Positions 1 to 10,489 of a stretch of DNA of 64,000 nt are shown in pieces; the first letter of the stretch is position 1, and the number at the start of each line of letters is the position of its first letter. The stretch is from NCBI RefSeq assembly GCF_009914755.1, contig NC_060930.1; one strand, written 5' to 3'. The stretch comes from the human T2T-CHM13v2.0 reference genome, Homo sapiens. Under the pieces are notes generated by a model. That model saw only the letters and a program-made list of their open reading frames with translations. It was not told the origin of the DNA and did no database searches. A program made the position numbers and the translations under genes.

Positions 1-650
1 TATTTATTTTCCTGTGGGTATATACCCAGTAATGGGATGGCTGGGTCAAATGGTATTTCTACTTCTAGATTTTGAGGATTTACCACACTGTCTTCCAAAA
101 TGGTTGAATTAATTTTCATACTCCCACCAATAGTGTAAAAGCATTATTTTTCTCCGCAACCTTGCCAGCATCTGTTGTTTCTTGACTTTTTAATAATTGC
201 CATTCTGACTGCTGTGAGATGGTATCTCTTTGTGGTTTTGATTTGCATTTCCTTAATGATCAGTGATGTGGAGCTTTTTTCATGTTTTTGGTTGCATGAA
301 TGTCTTCTTTTGAGAAGTGTCTGTTCACGTCCTTTGCCCACTTTTTAATGAGGGTGTTTGTTTTATTCTTGTAAATTTGTTTAAGTTCCTTGTAGACTCT
401 TGATATTAGACCTTTGTCAGATGAATAGATTGTAAATATTCTTTCCCATTCTGTAGGTTGTCTGTCCACTCTTATGATAGGTTTTTTGCTATGCTGAAGT
501 TCTTTAGTTTAATTAGATTCCATTTGTCAGTTTTCGTTTTTGTTGCAATTGCTTTTGGTGTTTTCGTCATGAAATCTTTGCCTGTGCCTGTGTCCTGAAT
601 GGTATTTGCCTAGATTTTCTTCTAGAGTTTTTATAGTTTTGGGTTTAACA
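1..650 (-). mobile_element. L1 (primate L1PA7-10-like), 3' part of ORF2; non-inverted arm of a 5'-inverted insertion, continuing beyond the window start
   Basis: Antisense L1 motifs (tatacccagtaatgggatggctgggtcaaatgg); ORF-track peptides [23 protein letters not shown] and [10 protein letters not shown] are L1 ORF2p C-terminal remnants. Confidence 0.93.
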
Positions 651-1204
651 AGCAATAGGGAAAGGATTCCCTATTTAGTAAATGGTGCTGGAACAACTGG
701 GTAGCCATATGCATAAAGTTGAAATTAATAAATGGTGCTGGGAAAACTGGCTAGCCATATGCAGAAAATTGAAATTGGACCCCTGTATTAATCTGTTCTC
801 AGCCACTAAAGAAAACATACTCAAGACTGGGTAATTGATAAAGAAAAAGAGATTTAATGGACTCACAATTTCACATGGCTGGGGAGGTCTCATAATCAAG
901 GTGGAAGATGTAGGAGGAGCAAAGGCATGTCTTACATGCTGGCAGACAAGAGAATGTGTGTAGGGGAACTCCCCTTTATAAAATCATCAGATCTCGTGAG
1001 ACTTATTCACTATCACGAGAACAGCATGGGGAAGACCTGCTCCCATGATTCAATTACCTCCCACTGGAAACCTCTCATGACACTTGGGAATTATGGGAGC
1101 TACTATTCAAGATGAGATTTGGGTGGGGACACAACCAAACCATATCAACCCCTTTCTTACACCTTATACAAAAATTAACTCAAGATGGACTGCAGATTGA
1201 AATG
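647..1204 (+). mobile_element. Inverted 5' segment of the same L1 (interrupted by a THE1B LTR at 784-1147)
   Basis: aacaagcaatagggaaaggattccctattt...aaaattaactcaagatgga is sense L1 ORF2 and ends where the antisense arm begins in the consensus. Confidence 0.85.
784..1147 (-). mobile_element. THE1B-like MaLR solo LTR
   Basis: TG...CA termini; reverse complement begins tgatatggtttggttgtgtccccacccaaatctc; perfect 5-bp TSD ACCCC at 779-783 and 1148-1152. Confidence 0.93.
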
Positions 1205-3177
1205 GGAGATTTTTTATTACAGGTTCAATCTCAATATTCTTATTGATCTGTTCAGGTTTTGTATTTCTTCCTGGTTCAATATTGTTAGGTTGTATACGTC
1301 CAGGGATTTTTTTCATTTCCTATAGATTTTCCATTTTGTTGTATGGTTATTCATAGCCATCTCTAATAATCCTTTGTATTTCTGTGGTATCAATTATAAT
1401 TTTTTTGTTTCTAATTTATTTGTGTGAGTCTTCTCTGTTTTTTCCCTAGTCTAAGTAAAGACTGTCAATGTCGTTTATGTTTTCAAAAAGCCAACTTTTC
1501 ATTTTCTTGATCTTTTTTTTAGTTTTATTTTATGTTCTTATTTTTAATATTTATTTTTCTCTACTAATTTGGGCTTTGGCTTGTTTTTGCTTTTCCAATT
1601 CCTTGAGATGCATCATTCAGTCGTTTACTTGAAATCTTTTTACTTTTTTGGTGTAGGTACTTATTGCTATAAACTTCAACTTATTACTGCTTTTGCTATA
1701 TCTCATAGGTTTAGTCGTTTTAAGAAAGTTTTAAATTTCCTAATTAATTTCTTCATGAACTCATTGGTTGTTCAGGAGCATATTGGTTTAATTTCCATAT
1801 ATTTGTACCTTTCAAAAATTTCTCATTATTGATTTCAGTTTTAGTTCACTGATACAAGAAAAGATACTTGATAATTTCAATTTTAAAAAGGATTTGTTGA
1901 GACTTGTTTTATGATCTAACATGTGATTTATTCTGGAGAATGTTCCATGTGTTCATGAGAAGAATGTGAATTCTTCAGCTGTTGGATGAAATGCTTTGTA
2001 AATGTCTGTTAGGTGTAATGTGAAGTTTAAATCCAATGTTTCATTGTGGATTTTGTTTCTAGATTATGTATCCAAAGCTGTGAGTGGCATGTTGAAGTAT
2101 CAAACTACTAATGGAGAGTATCTCTTCCTTTATATGTAATAATATTTGCTTTATATATCCATGTGTTCTGGTGCTTCGTGCATACATATTCACAATTGAT
2201 ATATTGTATTCCTGAATTTATTCCTTAATTATTATATAATGATCTTTTAGTCTTTTTTTAGTCTTTTACTTAAAGCTTGTTTTATCCAATGTAAGTATAG
2301 TAGCTACACTTGATTGCTTTTTGTTTTCATTTGAGTGAAATATTTTTTACGATTTTTCACTTTCAATCTATACACATCTTTACCAGTGAAGTGAATTTCT
2401 CACAAGTAGCATATAGTTGGGTCATTTTAAAAAATCCATTCAGCTAGTCTATGTCTTTTAAGTGGGGGATTTAATCCATTTATATATAAATTATTATTTT
2501 TTGGTGAGCAATTACTCTTATCATCTGTTGTATTCTGGTGGTTTTATATATTCTTTTGTTCTTTCTTCCTCTCTTATTGTTTTATCATCGTGATATGGTG
2601 GTTTTTTTTATGGTGATCAGATTTTATTCTCTTGTCCTTTTCTTTTGTGTATCTGTTCTACCAGAGCTTTATGTATTTCTCCATGTTTTCATGATAGTAA
2701 TTATCATATTTTTTATTTCTAGATACAGGGCTACTTTGAACACTTCTTGTAAAGCCAGTCTAGTGGTGATGAATTTCTTCATTTATTGCTTGTCTGAGAA
2801 AGATTTTATTTCTTCCTCATTGTTGAAGGATGGCTTTTCTAAGTATTATAATTTAGTTGGCTTTTGTTTTCGTTCAGCACTTTAAGTATATCATCATATT
2901 TTCTCCTGGCATATAAGGTGTTTGCAGAGAAATCTGCTGTCAGTCAAGTAAGGATTTCCTTATATATGAATTGATACTTTTCTTCTCTTGCTGTTTTTAG
3001 AATTCTCCCTTTGTGTTGATTTTTGACAATTTGACTATTTTGTGCCTTTAAGAATCTCTTTCTGGGTTGAATCTATTTTGAGATTTTTGAGTTTCCTGGT
3101 TATGGATGTCCAAATTTCTCTTCAAATTTGGCAATTTTTCAGCAATTATTTTACAATATAGATTTTTGTTATCTTTT
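1145..3177. repeat. Left (parental) arm of a ~2 kb inverted duplication
   Basis: Reverse complement of 5764-7803; near-identical mirrored ORFs 2538..2885(+)/6055..6402(-) and 1569(+)/7368(-). Confidence 0.97.
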
Positions 3178-4390
3178 TTTCCTGTCTTCTGCTTGTGCAG
3201 CTCTCATATATCAAATATTTGTTTGCTTAAGGATGTCCTGTAAGTCTTGTTGGCTTACCTTACTCTTTTTCATTTTTTTCCCTGTGAGTAATTTTAAACC
3301 TCTTAAATTCAAATTTAGAAACTCTTCAGCTTAATTAAGTTTGCTGTTGGGGCTTTCACTTGTATTTTTCATTTCATTCTTTGAATTTTTTAGCTGCAGG
3401 CTTTGCATTTGATTTTTTATATTTATTTTTGTTGGATTTCTTACTCATATTCTGTGTGAATTGTTTTCCTGATTTTGTTGAGTTGTCAATCTGTATTTTC
3501 CTCTACCTCACTGCATTTTCTTAATATCATTATTTTTAATACCTTTTCCATCAAGTCATTTATTTCCTTTTCATTAGGACCTTTTAGTAGTGAGTTATGT
3601 TCCTTTAGTGGTGTCATAGATCCTTGGTTTTTCATATTTTCTGTGTCTCTGTATTGATGCCTGCATCAGGTGGAACTATTACCTCTTCCATAGTTTCTAG
3701 AGTGGCTTTCATAGAGAAAGACTTTCACTTGCAGTTGGGCTTATGTGTGCCAATTAGGAGGGGTATGGGGACTCTGTTTCCAGATAGGTGCAGTGATGTA
3801 GTCTCTGCAGATTCTTCAGCTGTGTCCAATATCAACAATAATTGTTGGTGGCCACGGCTGTAGAAATTTATGGCAGCAGCAGTGACATAGTTTGTTAATG
3901 CCCTGGATGTCAAGTGCTTTTATGTCTTTCTATTCCTGTTTTCCCCACATTGGGGAGACCTAGCTGGAGGGATCCCTCCTAATGACAGGTCTGAATCAGT
4001 CTATAAACAGCTGCAGTGCTGCTGAGTTTCATGTACAGATGCTTGAAGTAGCTGTGGGGTGGGGGTCCTAAACTTGATGTTTCTTGAACCTATTGTGGCA
4101 CATGGGCCTTATCGTGCAAGTTCACTCTCTGTATCAGGGTCAGATGTGGACTTCCCACAGGGTCAGGATCTGTTATACTGAGGCACCTCCTGGAAACTCA
4201 GGCCCGTTGACCAGGTTGTAGCTGTGACTCTACCTCTGGGGTACAGGGCACAGCACTGTTCTGACTCCAAGGGTAAAGGAATGCTCTGGAGGTTTGGAGG
4301 TTTGGGCCAAAGAAGCTTCAATTTGGGAACCTGAGCCAATAGTAATCAGTTGTAACTCAGGACCCAGGAGATGAAGCACTGTGTAGCAAT
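1205..4390 (-). mobile_element. Old L1M element: ORF2 endonuclease region, ORF1 and GC-richer 5' region, all decayed
   Basis: Antisense L1 motifs (ggagaatgttccatgtg, gctgttggatgaaatg, gagaaatctgctgt, ctagtggtgatgaatt). Confidence 0.85.
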
Positions 4391-4430
4391 TAATTTTCTT
4401 AGGTTTTTGTTTATCTGGAATTTATATTTT

Positions 4431-4731
4431 CTCCTTCCTTCCTTTTTTCCTTCCTTCCGTCCTTCCTACCTTCCTTCCTTCCTTCCTCCCTCCCCCTCCC
4501 TCCTTTCTTCTTCCCTCCCTCCTTTTCCTCCCTCCCTCTCTCTCTCCTTTCTCTCCTTCCTTCCTTCCCCCACTCCCTTCCTCTCTCCCTCCCACTCCCT
4601 CCCTCCTTCCTTCCTTCCTCCATCCCTCCACCCCTCCCTCCCTCCCTCCTTCCTTCCTTCCTCCATCCCTCCACCCCTCCCTCCCTCCCTCCTTTCTCTC
4701 TCTCTCTCTCCTTCCTTCCTTCCTTCCCTCC
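4431..4731. repeat. Polypyrimidine (TTCC/CCCT)n low-complexity tract
   Basis: ~300 bp of almost pure C/T on the + strand, adjoining an Alu remnant. Confidence 0.95.
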
Positions 4732-4906
4732 CAAGCAGCTGGGACTATGGGCATGCACCATCATGCCTGGTTGAGTTTTTAAATTTTTTGTAAAGGTAGA
4801 GTTTAATCTTGTTGCCCAAGCTGGTCTTGAACTCCAAGGCTCAAGTGATTCTCCCACCTCAGCCCCTCAAAATGCTGAGATTACAGGCATGAACGACCAC
4901 AGCCTG
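4732..4906 (-). mobile_element. AluJ-like remnant (left monomer plus start of right monomer)
   Basis: gctgggactatgggcatgcaccatcatgcctgg...ggtcttgaactccaaggctcaagtgattctcccacctcagcc. Confidence 0.88.
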
Positions 4907-5739
4907 CATTGGCTTCATCTCTGAAACATACTTTTGTTGTATTTAGAGTCTTGTTTTACAGGTTATTATTTTCTCCCAGCAACTTAAATATGTTATCCCA
5001 CTGCCTTCTGGCCTCCTTGTATCTGAAGAAATGTAAGCTGTTAATCTTACTGGTATTTGTTTGTATGTGATCAGTGATTTTTGTATTGTTACTTTCAAGA
5101 TTTTCTATTTATTTTTCCACATTATTACTATGATGTGCTTGGGTATGTATCACTTGTATTTATCCTACATGGAATTGTTGAGCTTTTTCATTGTGTGACT
5201 AATGTGTGTGTATGTGTTTCTTTAAAATCCAATTTCAGCCATTACTTCTTTGAATATATTTTTCTGCTTTCTCTCCTCTCCTTCTGGTTATGTCATTATG
5301 CCTACATTTATGCACTGCCTACATTATGTCCCACACATTTCCCACACATTTTTTGTGGCTCTGTTCATTTTTTAAAATTCTTTTTTCCTACCTTTTTTAG
5401 ATTGAATAATCTCTATTAATATATCTTCAAGTTCTCTTTTCTGCCTCTTCAGACTTACTGTTGAGCCCCTCTAGTCAGTTTTCTTTCAGCTATTGTATTT
5501 GTTAACACAGAGCTGGGGTTTGGGAGGGAAGCAATTGGTCAAGTCTCAAGTACTACAGAGTCTCAGTGTTCTTCCTATGATTTAGTAGATTTTCTCGAAT
5601 AAATATTTCTTCACTTGCTGTATATCTTTATGACATTTTCCAGAAGCTTTAAATGATTATTTCAAAATAATTTTTACCAGTTATGTTTGTTTTCTGTAGA
5701 GAGGTTTCCAGAGCTTCTGATACCTTCATTCCAGAAGCT
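4907..5739 (-). mobile_element. Ancient L1M (L1MD/ME-like) ORF1-region fragment
   Basis: atcccactgccttctggcctcc, actttcaagattttct, tttcagccattacttc antisense ORF1 motifs. Confidence 0.65.
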
Positions 5740-5763
5740 TTCTGGAATACCTTTAAAAATAAT

Positions 5764-7803
5764 AAAAGATAACAAAATCTATATTGTAAAATAATTGCTG
5801 AAAAATTGCCAAATTTGAAGAGAAATTTGGACATCCATAACCAGGAAACTCAAAAATCTCAAAATAGATTCAACGCAGAAAGAGATTCTTAAAGGCACAA
5901 AATAGTCAAATTGTCAAAAATCAACACAAAGGGAGAATTCTAAAAACAGCAAGAGAAGAAAAGTATCAATTCATATATAAGGAAATCCTTACTTGACTGA
6001 CAGCAGATTTCTCTGCAAACACCTTATATGCCAGGAGAAAATATGATGATATACTTAAAGTGCTGAATGAAAACAAAAGCCAACTAAATTATAATACTTA
6101 GAAAAGCCATCTTTCAACAATGAGGAAGAAACAAAATCTTTCTCAGACAAGCAATAAATGAAGAAATTCATCACCACTAGACTGGCTTTACAAGAAGTGT
6201 TCAAAGTAGCCCTGTATCTAGAAATAAAAAATATGATAATTACTATCATGAAAACATGGAGAAATATATAAAGCTCTGGTAGAACAGATACACAAAAGAA
6301 AAGGACAAGAGAATAAAATCTGATCACCATAAAAAAAACCACCATATCACGATGATAAAACAATAAGAGAGGAAGAAAGAACAAAAGAATATATAAAACC
6401 ACCAGAATACAACAGATGATAAGAGTAATTGCTCACCAAAAAATAATAATTTGTATATAAATGGATTAAATCCCCCACTTAAAAGACATAGACTAGCTGA
6501 ATGGATTTTTTAAAATGACCCAACTATATGCTACTTGTGAGAAATTCACTTCACTGGTAAAGATGTGTATAGATTGAAAGTGAAAAATCGTAAAAAATAT
6601 TTCACTCAAATGAAAACAAAAAGCAATCAAGAGTAGCTACTATACTTATATTGGATAAAACAAGCTTTAAGTAAAAGACTAAAAAAAGACTAAAAGATCA
6701 TTATATAATAATTAAGGAATAAATTCAGGAATACAATATATCAATTGTGAATATGTATGCACGAAGCACCAGAACACATGGATATATAAAGCAAATATTA
6801 TTACATATAAAGGAAGAGATACTCTCCATTAGTAGTTTGATACTTCAACATGCCACTCACAGCTTTGGATAGATAATCTAGAAACAAAATCCACAATGAA
6901 ACATTGGATTTAAACTTCACATTACACCTAACAGACATTTACAAAGCATTTCATCCAACAGCTGCAGAATTCACATTCTTCTCATGAACACATGGAACAT
7001 TCTCCAGAATAAATCACGTTAGATCATAAAACAAGTCTCAACAAATCCTTTTTAAAATTGAAATTATCAAGTATCTTTTCTCGTATCAGTGAACTAAAAC
7101 TGAAATCAATAGTGAGAAACTTTTGAAAGGTACAAATATATGGAAATTAACCAATATGCTCCTGAACAACCAATGAGTTCATGAAGAAATTAATTAGGAA
7201 ATTTAAAACTTTCTTAAAACGACTAAACCTATGGGATATAGCAAAAGCAGTAATAAGTTGAAGTTTATAGCAATAAGTACCTACACCAAAAAAGTAAAAA
7301 GATTTCAAGTAAATGACCGAATGATGCATCTCAAGGAATTGGAAAAGCAAAAACAAGCCAAAGCCCAAATTAGTAGAGAAAAATAAATATTAAAAATAAG
7401 AACATAAATAAAATAAAACTAAAAAAAAAGATGAAGAAAATGAAAAGTTGGCTTTTTGAAAACATAAACGAGATTGACAATCTTAGTTTAGGAAAAAAAG
7501 AAGACTCACACAAATAAATTAGAAACAAAAAAATTATAATTGATACCAGAGAAATACAAAGGATCATTAGCGATGGCTATGAATAACCATACAACAAAAT
7601 GGAAAATCTATAGGAAATGAAAAAAATCCCTGGATATATACAACCTAACAAGATTGAGCCAGGAAGAAATACAAAAACTGAACAGATCAATAAGAATATT
7701 GAGATTGAACCTGTAATAAAAAATCTCCCACTTCAGTGTGCAGTCCATCTTGAGTTAATTTTTGTGTAACTCAAGGGGGTGTAAGGTGTAAGAAAGGGGT
7801 TGA
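5764..7803. repeat. Right (derived) arm of the inverted duplication; L1 sequence now in + orientation
   Basis: Begins aaaagataacaaaatctatattg (rc of ~3154-3177) and ends gtaagaaaggggttga (rc of 1145-1160). Confidence 0.97.
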
Positions 7804-8064
7804 GTATTCATTATGTTCCCATAAGTGGGTTGATATTTTTACATTATTATCTCCTTAGATCTTGATTTTTGTTGTATATATATTTCCACTTTATTATTTA
7901 TTGTTTTTATTCACTCACTAGATTATAACCTTACAAAAGCAGACATCTTAGCTTCTTTATTTGTCCTGATTTTCCCTAAATTGTTACAATGAATCTTTGT
8001 GTGTGCTGAATAAATATTATTTAAATAATGTAATAAAAATTAAATATATCATTAAATGAAGTAG

Positions 8065-8176
8065 GGTCTGTTATTAGTACAGTTTTTTAGAGGAGAAGAT
8101 TGAGACTTATAGAAGTTAAATCACAGGTCCACATTCACAGAGCTACTAAATTAAGTGCCTAGAATTCAAACATAAG
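8065..8176 (+). mobile_element. MIR fragment abutting the THE1 provirus
   Basis: ttttagaggagaagattgagactt...gttaaatcac...cacagagcta...agaattcaaac resembles the MIR core; strand by core orientation only. Confidence 0.55.
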
Positions 8177-10408
8177 TGATATGGTTTGGCTGTGTCCCCA
8201 CCCAAATCTCCTCTTGAATTCCCATGTATTGTGGGAGGGACCTGGTGGGAAGTAATTGAATCTTGAGGGCAGGTCTTTCTCGTGCTGTTCTCATGATAGT
8301 GAACAAGTCTCACAAGATCTGATGGTTTTAAAAAGGGGAGTTTCCCTGCATACGCTCTATTCTCTTGTGTGCCACCATGTGAGACATGCCTTTCACCTTC
8401 CACCATGATTGTGAGGCCTCCCCAGCCATGTAGAACTGTCGGTCCAATAAACCTCATTCTTTTGGAAACTGCCCAGTCCCAGTTATGTCTTTATTGGCAG
8501 CATGAAAATGGACTAGTACAGTAAATTGGTACCAGTAGAGTGGGGTGTTGCTGAAAAGATACCTGAAAATGTGGAAGCAACTTTGGAACTGGGTAACAGG
8601 CAGAGGTTGGAACAGTTTGGAGGGCTCAGAAGAAGACAGGAAACTGTGGGAAAGTTGGGAACTCCCTAGAGACTTGTTGAATGGTTTGACCAATATGCTG
8701 ATAATGATACGGACAATGAAATCCAGGCTGAGGTGGTCTCAGATGGAAATGAGAAACTTGTTGGGAACTGGAACAAAGGTGATGACTCTTCTTATGTTTT
8801 AGCAAAGAGACTGGCAGCATTTTGCCTGTGCTCTAGGGATTTATGGAACGTTGAAATTGAGAGAGATGATTTAGGGTATCTGGTGGAAGAAATTTCTAAG
8901 CAGCAAAGCATTCGAGAGGTGACTTAGTGCTGTTAAAGGCATTCCGTTTTATAAGGGAAGCAGAGCACAAAAGTTTGGAAAATTTGCAGCCTGACAATGT
9001 GATAGAAAAGAAAATCCCATTTTCTGAGGAGAAAGTCAAGCTGGCCGCAGAAATTTGCGTAATTAACGAGCCAAATGTGAATTCTCAAGACAATGGGAAA
9101 AATGTCTCCAGGGCATGTCAGAGGCCTTCATGGCAGCCCCTCCCATCACAAGCCCAGGGTCCAGGAGGAAAAAGTAGTTTTGTGGACTGGGTCCAGGGTC
9201 CCTGTGCTGTGTGCAGCCTAGGGACTTGGTGCCCTGTGTCCCAGCTGCTCCATCCATGGCTGAAAGGGGCCAATGTAGAGGTCAGGCCATGGCTTCAGAG
9301 GGTGCAAGCCTCAAGCCTTGGCAGATTCCATGTGGTGTTGAGCCTGCCAGTGCACAGAAGTCAAGAATTGGGATTTGGGAACCTTCACCTAGATTTCAAA
9401 GGATGTATGGAAATGCCTGGATGTCCAGGCAGAAGTTTGCTGCAGGATCAGGGGTCTCATGGAGAACCTCTGCTAGGGCAGTGCAGAAGGGAAATATGGG
9501 GTTGGAGCCCACACACAGAGTCCTTACTGGGGCACTACCTAGTGGAACTGTGAGAAGAAGACCACCATCTTCCAGACCCCAAAATTGTAGATCCAATGAC
9601 AGCTTGCACTGTGCACCTGGAAAAGCCACAGACACTCAATGCTAGCCCATGAAAGCAGCTGGGAAGGAGGATGTACTCTTCAAAGCCACAGGGGTGGAGC
9701 TACCCAAGACCACGGGAGCCCACCTCCTGCATCAGTGTGACCTGGATGTGAGTCATGAAATCAAAGGAGATCATTTTGGAGCTTTAAGATTTGACTGCTC
9801 TGCTGGATTTCAGACTGGCATGGGGCCTGTAACCCCTTTGTTCTGGCCAATTTCTCCCATTTGGAATGGCTGTATTTAATGCCTGTACCACCATTGTATC
9901 TAGGAAGTAACTAACTTGCTTTGGATTTTACTGGCTCATGGGCAGAAGGGACTTGTCACAGATGAGACTTTGACTGTGGACTTTTGAGTTAATGTTGAAA
10001 TGAGTTAAGACTTGGGGGACTGTTGGGAAGACATAATTGGTTTTGAAATGTGAGGACATGAGATTTGGGAGGGGCCAGGGGAAGAATGATATAGTTTAGC
10101 TCTGTCCCCACCCAAATCTCATCTTAAATTCCCACATGTTGTGGGATGGGCCCAGTGGGAGGTAATCAAATAATGGGTGTGGGTCTTTCCTGTGCTGTTC
10201 TTATGATAGTGAATAAGTCTCATGAGATCTGATGGCTTTATAAAGCAGAGTTTCCCTGCACAAGCTCTCTCTTTGCCTGCTGCCATCCATGTAAGATTGT
10301 GAGGCCTCCCCAGTCACTTGGAACAGTAAGTCCATTAAACCTCTTTCTTTTGTAAATTGCCCAGTCTTGGGTATGTCTTTATCAGCAGTGTGAAAATGGA
10401 CTAATACA
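8177..10408 (+). mobile_element. Full-length THE1 (A/B-like) MaLR provirus: 5'LTR 8177-8520, internal 8521-10086, 3'LTR 10087-10408
   Basis: Both LTRs run tgatat...gactaataca/gactagtaca; internal region starts gtaaattggtaccagtagagtggggtg; purine-rich tract ggaggggccaggggaagaa precedes the 3'LTR; fragmented MaLR-int ORFs 8545-9879. Confidence 0.95.
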
Positions 10409-10489
10409 TTTGGTAATATGAAAAGGTGCCAGATCCATTTTGCTTAAAAGTCATCAATTATACCTAAAATATTTTCAAATCCTATATGT

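Noticed and set aside
4431-4731. GGAA microsatellite as an EWS-FLI1-type enhancer
   Set aside because: Only short interrupted GGAA runs, not a long pure array
4371-4857. Four overlapping 66-148 aa ORFs
   Set aside because: Produced by a stop-free purine/pyrimidine tract plus Alu sequence
2538-6402. Duplicated hydrophobic 115-aa 'membrane protein' gene pair
   Set aside because: Antisense reading of T-rich L1 sequence, duplicated passively by the inverted repeat
8545-9879. Cluster of ORFs up to 208 aa
   Set aside because: Fragmented THE1 internal region with multiple frameshifts
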